From Octopus vulgaris (taxonomy: Eukaryota), in contig OX597831.1 of assembly GCA_951406725.2 (NCBI GenBank), forward strand, positions 35,526,001 through 35,590,000: 64,000 nt of DNA. The letters are read 5' to 3'. Below are positions 54,813 through 64,000 of this stretch, piece after piece. The position numbers and the translations under genes are program-made. Every line of letters starts with the position of its first letter. The stretch's first letter is position 1. The notes beneath the pieces were generated by a model, which worked only from the letters and a program-made list of their open reading frames with translations, was not told where the DNA came from and searched no databases.

Positions 54813-54871
<59 letters not shown>

Positions 54872-55579
54872 AATAAAGATTGATAGAAAGATAGATAAAT
54901 AGATAGATAGATAGATATAGATATAGATATTTATCTATAGATATACACACTTACACACAGCCACAACATTGTATATACACATTCACAGATGCCACACATA
55001 TACAAGTACTCAGGCACATAAACAGAAACACATATTGGTTGAGGCAAGGAAAGCATTTCTAACAAGATTAGTTTATTAGAAAAAAAAAAAAATGAAAAGA
55101 AGACCTACAACAAGAAAATATCAAGGCAGATTTAAACTTTTAAAAGGATTAAAAGGGATTAACTGTGCCACCTTCAAGAAGATAAAACAAAGAAATATAA
55201 TCTCAACTCAACAAATTAATAAAAGATTTACAAACGAAGCAAAAAAAATAAGAGGCCCTAAAATAAAATGATTTAATAGAACAACACTTGGAGGAAAAAT
55301 TTGAAAATTTAAAACAACTGGCATGGCTGTGTGGTAAGGTGTTTGCTTTCCAACCACATGTTTTCAGGTTCAATCTGAGTGAAGGAAACTCATCATTTAT
55401 CTACACATGTGTGTGTGTGTGTGTGCATGTGGTAAGGAGCTTCCCAACCATATGGTTCTGGGTTCAGTCCCACTGCATGGCTCCTTGGTGAAGTGTCTTC
55501 TACTCTAACCGCAAACCAACCAAAGCCTTTTGAGTGGATTTGGTTGATGGAAACTGAAAGAAGCCCATTATATATATAC

Positions 55580-55625
<46 letters not shown>

Positions 55626-57398
55626 ATATTTATGAGTGTGTATCTATGTTTGTCCCTCCCCCTACCCACACCAATCGCTTGACAATTGATGCTGGTGCAT
55701 TCATGTGATCGTAACTTAGTGGTTTGGCAACAGGGACAGATGGAAGACACTTGCTTATAAAGAAAATATGATGTTTTAATTGTTTGCTAATTTTTAAATT
55801 GTTTTATGAGGCTGGTATTTGTTGTGTTTAATTAACCTGATGTGTTAATTATGGGCATGACAGAACAGCATCCAACTAGAACTTGCTGGGTCACTCCTTT
55901 ACCATCAACAAGGATGTCTCCTGCTCTTTGTAAGCTTATGGTACCCTGAAGTGGGTGGTATGTTGCTGCTCAGGTTAAGAACCATTAATGCAGAGGCTTC
56001 CTCATTGATTCTGGTAGCTGCATTTTGAATCTATGGTTGCCGTCTCAATTGTCTAACTTCTCAGCTACCAGGCACCATTTGCATTCTTACCATTACTTCT
56101 GTGTACCAAAAGAAAAAAAAAAAATGGGGTGGGGGGGGTGGAATAAAAATGAAAATAAAAAAAAGCAGAATATAACCCCCTTGAGCTTAGGGGTCTAGAC
56201 TGTTAAGAACAGGAATTCATGAATTTAATTACGATAATTAAAACTATACATAACTGAAAATACCACAAACAATGCTCATAAAATAAAAATAACATAAATA
56301 AACAAAATTTAAAAATTTAAAAACAAATTGCCATCACCACCACTAACACCACCACTACTATCACCCGACAACAACAACGACAGCAACAATAACAGAAATC
56401 AAGTAGGATTTCATTTTGTTATTGGCAGTTAAAAATTATTTATTATGTTTAAATGCTTTTCTTCATATTTGATACGAAGTGTTTTCATTGAATATGAAAT
56501 TATGCTAAAGGGTAGCAATTAATAACTGCATTCTTTTAACTTGTTCACTTGTGCTGTTGTCGTTGCTGCTGCAATGGTTCTTGTTATTGTTGTCGTATAC
56601 AACATGCGGATATGTAACAATAATAGTTATCACAACATAGAATTAATCTTTGATAGAAATGGTAATTAAAGGAACTGTTCATTTCTCTTATTTTATTTTA
56701 TTTTTATTTTATTTTATTTTTGTTTTCCTGTTTGGAAAATTTGGAAATTTTCATTGTTCATTGAAACCAACGAAAAATACCCCCTGCCAAAAAAAAAAAA
56801 AAAAAAAGAAAGAAAGAAAAAAAAAGGTATCTTATGGCTTGTACCTGGTTTAGTTTTGTGTTCACATTTATACAATGTGTTTAAGAGATCTACAAGCAAA
56901 CAATAATGGTTATCAAAACATAGAATTAAAAAGTATGGAAATTTGCTAACTTCCATTGTTCTTTGAAACCAATGAAAAGAATGACAGAATGGTGAGAATA
57001 ATAGAATGCTTGACAAAATGTCTTAAGGCTGTAGTGGTTCTCATAGGTTGGTAGGATTGGCTGTGAAGATTGAGAAGTGTGTGTGTGTGTGTGTGGGAGG
57101 GCAGTAGATAAATTTGTTTGATAGAATTAAAATATTTTAAATTTTGTCAAGTGCCTTCTTGAAGAGAGAATTACTAGATAAATGCACAACTCTGTTTTGT
57201 AATCTCAGGAATAAGGAGTGAAGATATGTGATGTAAAGGTTACAGTGTTGCACTTGCAATTTCAGGATCAGGGTTTCATTTCCCAAACCAGGTGGTGCAC
57301 TGTGTTCTTGAGCAAAACACTTCATTTTACTCAGCATTGCTCTAGCCTGCACAGCTGTAAATGAGTAATTAACTCTGCAATGGACTGGTGTCCCATTC

Positions 57399-57431
<33 letters not shown>

Positions 57432-58340
57432 AAGAGAGAGAGAGAAAGAGAGAGAGAAAGAGAGAGTCACAAGTCTGGGCAAGGTTGTTTATGGAAGACC
57501 AGCAGTCACCCATGCATACCAGGCTTCCCTCTCCATGCCACTGATGATATCCCAGGAAAAGGCAAAGACCGATACAGTTTGGCACCTGTGATGTCACAAC
57601 TCATTTCTACGGCAGCGTGAACTGGAGCAACATGAAGTAAAGTGTCTTGCTCAAGAACACAACGCACAGACCAGTCAGGGAATTGAACTTGCTACCTCAT
57701 GATTGTGGGCCCAACGTTCTAACCACTGAGTCAGGAACGTGCTAAAGTTGAGTAGAATCACACCAGTACTTGACAGGTGCTTCGTTTTATCAACTTTGGA
57801 AGGGTGAAAGACGATTTTTAACCTTGGTGAAATTTGAATTTAGAATGCAATGAGCTAAAACCAAACATTGAAAGGTGTTTTGTTTGGTAGACAATTAATT
57901 CTTCCAGTCTAATACCTTGTAAGGAACAAATGTTAAGTATAGAAATTACTAAAGAAGGTGAAGATTTATGTAAAAAATTATAATGGATTTTGATGCATCA
58001 TCTGTTATGAGGCAAGAGGTACCTCACATTGGGCTGGAACCTTAAACAATATGATTTTGACAGAAACTTCTTAACCTTGCAGCCATGTGCATGCTTGCTA
58101 AAGAGCTATGATATATTGATGAAAGAAAGAAAAAGAAACAAAAAGCTAAAGAAGTATGAAAAGAAAGGAAAGAGAAAAATAAATGATAACCCCAGAACAA
58201 GATAATTAAATTTATTAAATTAATTAGTTAATTTGTGTCATTATTGAATTCTAAATAAATTTTGAAATGTATAATGCTGTCAGTTTCAATTTTATAGTTT
58301 TATGATATTCATTGTTGGATACATCACTATTCCAAGCAAG

Positions 58341-58439
<99 letters not shown>

Positions 58440-58779
58440 TACACACACACATGTATATATCGTTATCATCATTTAACGTCTGTTGTCTATACTGACATAG
58501 GTTGGACGGTTTGACCGGGCTGGTACTCTGGAAGGCTACACCAAACTCGAGTCTGATTTGGTATGGTTTTCTATGACAGGATGCCCTTCCTAATGCCAAC
58601 CACTCTGAGAGTGTAATGGGTATCTTTACATGCCACCGGCATGGGTGCCAATTTGTGTGACACCAGTATCTGCCATGACTGCGATTTTGCTCAGCTTGAT
58701 GGGTCTTTTCAAGCACGACATAATGCCAAAGGTCTTGGTCATTGCCTCTGCGAGGCCCAAAACTCGAACGGAATTCAGC

Positions 58780-58842
<63 letters not shown>

Positions 58843-59176
58843 CATGAGGAGTTTTCATCAGGATGACTTAAAATAATAGTATGCCATCAAAATTCCAGTT
58901 AGAACAGCTGTTGAAGTTGTGGTTGTGTGATTATCTTGTTCAAAAGCGGCTACAAGTGACATCTCTTTTAGTCAGTGGGTATAAGTTAAAGTCATGAGGA
59001 AAGACAAACAATCAGGCAATGCAAGACAAGGACATTTAAATTCATTTAATTCGATCTAAAATTTGGCTGTATAACATTTACTGTCTGTTATGTCACTAAA
59101 TATTAGATTGAATTAAATATATTGAAATGTCGTTGTCTTGCATAGCCTAATTGTTTGCCTTTCCTCACTACTTTAG

Positions 59177-59261
<85 letters not shown>

Positions 59262-59271
59262 TTATCTATTC

Positions 59272-59309
<38 letters not shown>

Positions 59310-59509
59310 ATGTATGTGTGACTTATGTGTATATAAAGTCCCTCTTCCACTCTCTTCTCCATCTCTGTATCTCTAATCACATGCAGAGAGTGAATGTGTG
59401 TTCTTCTTTGTTTTTATGTCTCACAAATTTTTTTTGAACTGGTGATGAGAAATGGGTTCTCTATAAAAATGTCAAGCGCTGAAGACAGTAGGTAGGGAAA
59501 GAAGAAACA

Positions 59510-59971
59510 CTGGCACTCCAGGTTAAAGATGGCTTTCACCCACATAAGGTGTTGTTATCTTGTTTTGTGGGATATAAAAGGTTTAGTCCGCTCTGAACTT
59601 TCAAATCCAAACCAACAAGTACATACAATGAGGATGACATTCCAAAGGCTGGAACAGTTTGAATAGGAAACAATGCCCCACCCACCATATTCGCTGGATA
59701 TTGCCCCATCTGGTTATCATTTATTCCACTGTCTTTAAAATCATTTGGATGGGAAAAATATGAATTCTGTAGACGAGGTCAGAACAGTACTGGAAGATTA
59801 TTTTCCATCACAGACAAGTGAATTTTGGAAGAGGGGCCTTGCAAGTCTACCAGATTGATGGAAGAGCATTGCAGAAAATGAAGTAAAGTGTATTTTAGAT
59901 TTTAAAAAATTTCTTAATTTTGAAAAATATAGGAAGTATAAAAAGACTGTATTATTTATGGGATGACCCAA
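59510..59971 (+). mobile_element. Degenerate mariner transposase 3' half with right TIR
   Basis: PHPPYSLDIAPSGYHLF (YSPDLAP motif)..SEFWKRGLASLPD*WKSI; TIR TATTTATGGGATGACCCAA+TA. Confidence 0.85.
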
Positions 59972-60052
59972 TATATATAAATATATATACACACAATATA
60001 TATATATATATATACATATATATATACACACAATATATATATATATACACAG

Positions 60053-60083
<31 letters not shown>

Positions 60084-60157
60084 TATATATACAATATAGA
60101 TACACACACACGTATGTGTATGTATGTTTTCAACTTTATTTCTTCCTTTTTCTTTCT

Positions 60158-60194
<37 letters not shown>

Positions 60195-60309
60195 GCATGT
60201 GCACACTGTGCCTGAAAAAATAATATATAAATAAAACTGTATAGTCACAGCTGGAAATTTCTTTCATCACAGACATGCTGGATCTGAAGTATATTGACCT
60301 GGAGCTAAC

Positions 60310-60528
60310 TGCAACTTATTTTCTCAACTATAGAATGGTGTTATATAAGTTATCTCTGACAGGATTTGAAATCTGAACAGCGATCTTCAGGGCCTTTGTG
60401 GATGAATGAATCATGGTAGCAAACGAAAACATTTTACAGAATCTGTTTTGATGCCGGTGATTTCAGATCCTGTCGGAGCTAACCTTACATAACATCATTC
60501 TTGCAGAGTTAATAAAATATGTTGTTGC
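60310..60528. repeat. Imperfect fold-back (MITE-like) element
   Basis: ~65-bp arms, e.g. CTGACAGGATTTGAAATC vs GATTTCAGATCCTGTCGG, and AGAATGGTGTTAT vs ATAACATCATTCT. Confidence 0.65.
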
Positions 60529-60829
60529 TGGTTGTTCATGTTTAGCACCAGGTCAGGACACTTATGATCTGGTATAACCATGATAGAAGACAATTCCAGC
60601 TGTGATCACATCATGTTTTCTTTTTCCTGATTTTTTTTTCTCTTGATTTAATTTTTTTTAATAAGAAACAGTGTTTATACATGTCTGTGTCAGTATGTGT
60701 ATGAGTGTGTGTTTGTATATATGTGTGTGGAAGATGAGAGAGAGAGGTGAGATGGGAGATAGAGTTTTATGTATGTATATTGTGAATATATGTGTTTATG
60801 TGTGTGTACCAACACATATGATCCCTCTA

Positions 60830-60921
<92 letters not shown>

Positions 60922-61027
60922 GTGTGTGTGTGAGAAAGAGAGAGAGAGAGAGGGAGAGAGAGAGTCAAAGATATGAACATTTTCATCTCCTTTTCTTCAT
61001 TTGTATTTTGATTTAATTTTTTTCCAG

Positions 61028-61162
61028 AATCCAATACCAAACCTTCTGACATTTGAAGTACCATTATCATATTCTGAATTTAATGCTGACTTCAATATGT
61101 GCCCTGTACCCAGGTTTCCAAAGCAGAATTCTTTAACTCAAAAGAAGTTCCTGGACAAAAAT
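61028..61162 (+). CDS. CFAP221: Internal coding exon (45 aa, NPIPNLLTFEVPLSYSEFNADFNMCPVPRFPKQNSLTQKKFLDKN) of a CFAP221-like gene
   Basis: Acceptor TTTTTTTCCAG (AG 61026-27), donor GTAAAA at 61163, 135 nt. Resembles recalled human NPNPGLFAVMHPLTYAETLIDYHLCSHPKY...TQKQFLHHT. An alternative weak donor exists at 61114. Confidence 0.85.
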
Positions 61163-62096
61163 GTAAAATATAATAATTTTTCTTTTTTGTATATATGTAA
61201 AAAGAATAATATGTGTGTGTGTGTGTGTGTGTATAAATTTAATTATGTGTGTGTGCATAAATTTAATTATATGGGGACATATAATTTTTCTTTAAATATT
61301 TGTATTGTCCTTTGAAACGTGTGTATGTATTGAATCCTATTTTGTATTAAATCTAATTTTGATTCAACATCTTTTTTTCTCCTCCATTTTTCTATAATTG
61401 TTTATGGTATATTTATACCTATAACGATATTTTTCAAATACTATTTTCATATTCTCTTTACTTGATCTGGCTGTTTTTTTATGAATATGATGAATCTTTA
61501 TTAGAAATCATTCTTTTCTCTCTTTCTAGACCTCTCAAAAAGTTTGAATTGTTCTTTTTTGAACTTATTTTTTCCCATATATATCTATCTATATATATAT
61601 ACATGTAAAAAAAAGTTTAAATTGCTGATTTATTCTACATTAATTTTTTAAAATATTATTTCTTTAAAATATTATGATAAAATAAAGCAATATAAGAATA
61701 ATTTTAAAGAAAACTTTTTAAAAATTGAATAAAATCATGAATGAGCCATTTTAACTATTTAAAATCATACAAAATCTGTAAAATGTCATTTATCATAAAA
61801 TCTTAGATAAAACTTAGATGTGTTTCAACCAAAGATTGGTCCAGGCCATGTCTAACTTAATAGCACCACCTGATAGGATTATCTAAATCCTTTTTAAGTC
61901 AAGTTTTGTTTATGGTCCATTCAAGTAGTGAGTTATTGTTGAGTGAGTTGTATCCAGGTATGGGTGGCTTATCTGGTATTCCTTGAAGAAATCTGTAGAA
62001 TCGACCTTGGTGTAATTTGAACTCAGAATGTAATGATGGAGGAAATACTGCTAAGCATTCTGTCCAGTATGCTAATGATTCTGCCAGCTCACTGCC

Positions 62097-62174
<78 letters not shown>

Positions 62175-62865
62175 GATTACAACCATAGTAATAATAATTT
62201 CAAATTTTGGCACAAGCCCATCAATTTCAGGGGTGAATTGAGTCGATTGCATTGACCCCAGAACAAACACACATCTCAGTCCAGGAATCGAAATTGCTAC
62301 CTCATGATTGTGGGCCTGACGCTCTAACTACTGAGTCATGCACCTTCAAGCCTTTATCCTTTTACCTTTTACCAATATGGAAATAAATACCATTCATTTA
62401 CAACCATTACATGATATCAAGGCAAGGAGACTCACTCATACAACACATACATATACATACACACACATTCATGCATATATATAGATACATATAAATATAC
62501 TCATGCATATGCATACACACACTCACACATATACTTACACATAAATATACACACACACACATATACATACACACACATGCATATAGTCTTATAAATACAC
62601 ATGCACATGTACACACACACATGCACACTCATATATGAGCATATTAATTTACACACTCATACAAACATGCACACATACAAACACACACACACACACACAC
62701 ACAACTAAATCTTCTAATCCACTCACTTGGCTTTGGTCAGCCTGAGGCTATAGTAGCAAACACTCTGCCTAACACGTCACATTGTGGAATTGAACCCATG
62801 ATCATGTGGTTGGGAAGCAAGCTTCTTATCCAACCACCCAACCATGTGTGTGTGTATACACATAC

Positions 62866-62896
<31 letters not shown>

Positions 62897-64000
62897 CATA
62901 CATACACACACACCCATGGAAGGCAGACATTAAATGATGATGATGATGATATATATATATTTGAATAAAAGAAGGGTAAAAATACTGCTTGCCAAAGATG
63001 AAAGCGAAAGCTTTAAAAACCACAAATCCTATGATAAATACACACACAAGCAACACAATGAACACTTCAAAAAATAGCCCTACCTTCAGGACGGAATTTG
63101 AAGGTAGTTTACATGCCCCAATATCAATTGATTTCATGCTGGGCACAAGAAAACATGCTTTGCAATCTCCTGAAGACAGGTGGTGTAGACAACAAACAGA
63201 TGTATTAGTTTAATGCTCGGGAAGTGAAAAAGTCTTTAATGTTTTGAGCCGAGCCTACGCTCTTCCACAGAAAGGAACAAGGAGAGCTGTGTAAAGTAGT
63301 ACAAATCTCTAACTGTTGAGGGAACCTGTGGAAGAGGTGGACACAGGAAGAAATGGTACGAGGTAGTGAAGCATGATCTTTGAACGCTGGACCTCATGGA
63401 GGCAATGACTAGTGACCAAGACTTTTAGTGATATGCCCTGCTTGAGTAGAAGATCCATCAAGCCAAGTGAAATCATTGCCATGGCAGAGACTGGTGCCAT
63501 CTCTCTAACACTCATGCCAGTGTCATGTGAAAGCTTGTTTCAGGCATTGGGCCTCATGTGGCTGATGCTGGTGTCATGTAATTACCACCCATGCCAGTGG
63601 CACATAAAAAGAACCTTGAGAGCGTTGGGCCTCATGGAGGCAATTTCGGTTGACTGAGACCTTCGGCAATATCCTGTGCTTGAGAAGAAGACTTATGAAG
63701 CCAAGTGAAACCATAGTCGTGGCAGATGCTAGTGCCATACAACTGACATCTGTGCCAGTGACATGTAAAAGCACTTGTTACACTCTTAGAGTGGTTGGTG
63801 TTAGGAAGGGCATCCAGCTGTAGAGACCATGCGAAATCAGACTGGAGTCTGGTGAAGTCCCTCAACTTACCGGCCCTGGTCAAACTGACCAACCTATGTC
63901 TGCATGGACAATGGATGTTAAATGATGACAATGACGATGATGACGATGGTTATTGTTGTCGTCGTCATCGTTTAACATCCACTTTCCATGCTGGCATGGA

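Overview
This is eukaryotic, AT-rich, microsatellite-laden DNA with a repeat complement that looks like an octopus (coleoid cephalopod) genome; the taxon is inferred from recognised repeat types, not from a search. Nearly all ORFs in the supplied track are artefacts of simple repeats or decayed transposons. The one host gene I can support is four + strand, phase-0 coding exons (20448-20528, 38438-38539, 41667-41885, 61028-61162). They splice in frame to a 179-aa stretch resembling the C-terminal half of CFAP221/PCDP1, a ciliary central-pair protein; I did not locate the start or end of the gene. The rest is intronic or flanking DNA packed with tRNA-derived SINEs, Tc1/mariner and maT relics, mariner-, piggyBac- and hAT-type MITEs, Helitron/Helentron pieces, and RTE, Dong/R4 and Penelope-like fragments. 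The most interesting signals are structural. (1) A ~250-bp local inverted duplication brackets the 81-nt exon almost symmetrically. (2) A 774-bp near-perfect palindrome carries two opposed hammerhead-ribozyme motifs. (3) An apparently intact type I hammerhead lies at 52774-52852. (4) A long hairpin has periodic 2x2 mismatches. (5) A diverged local duplication retains a ~120-bp near-identical core. No CRISPR arrays, rRNA or bona fide tRNA genes were seen.
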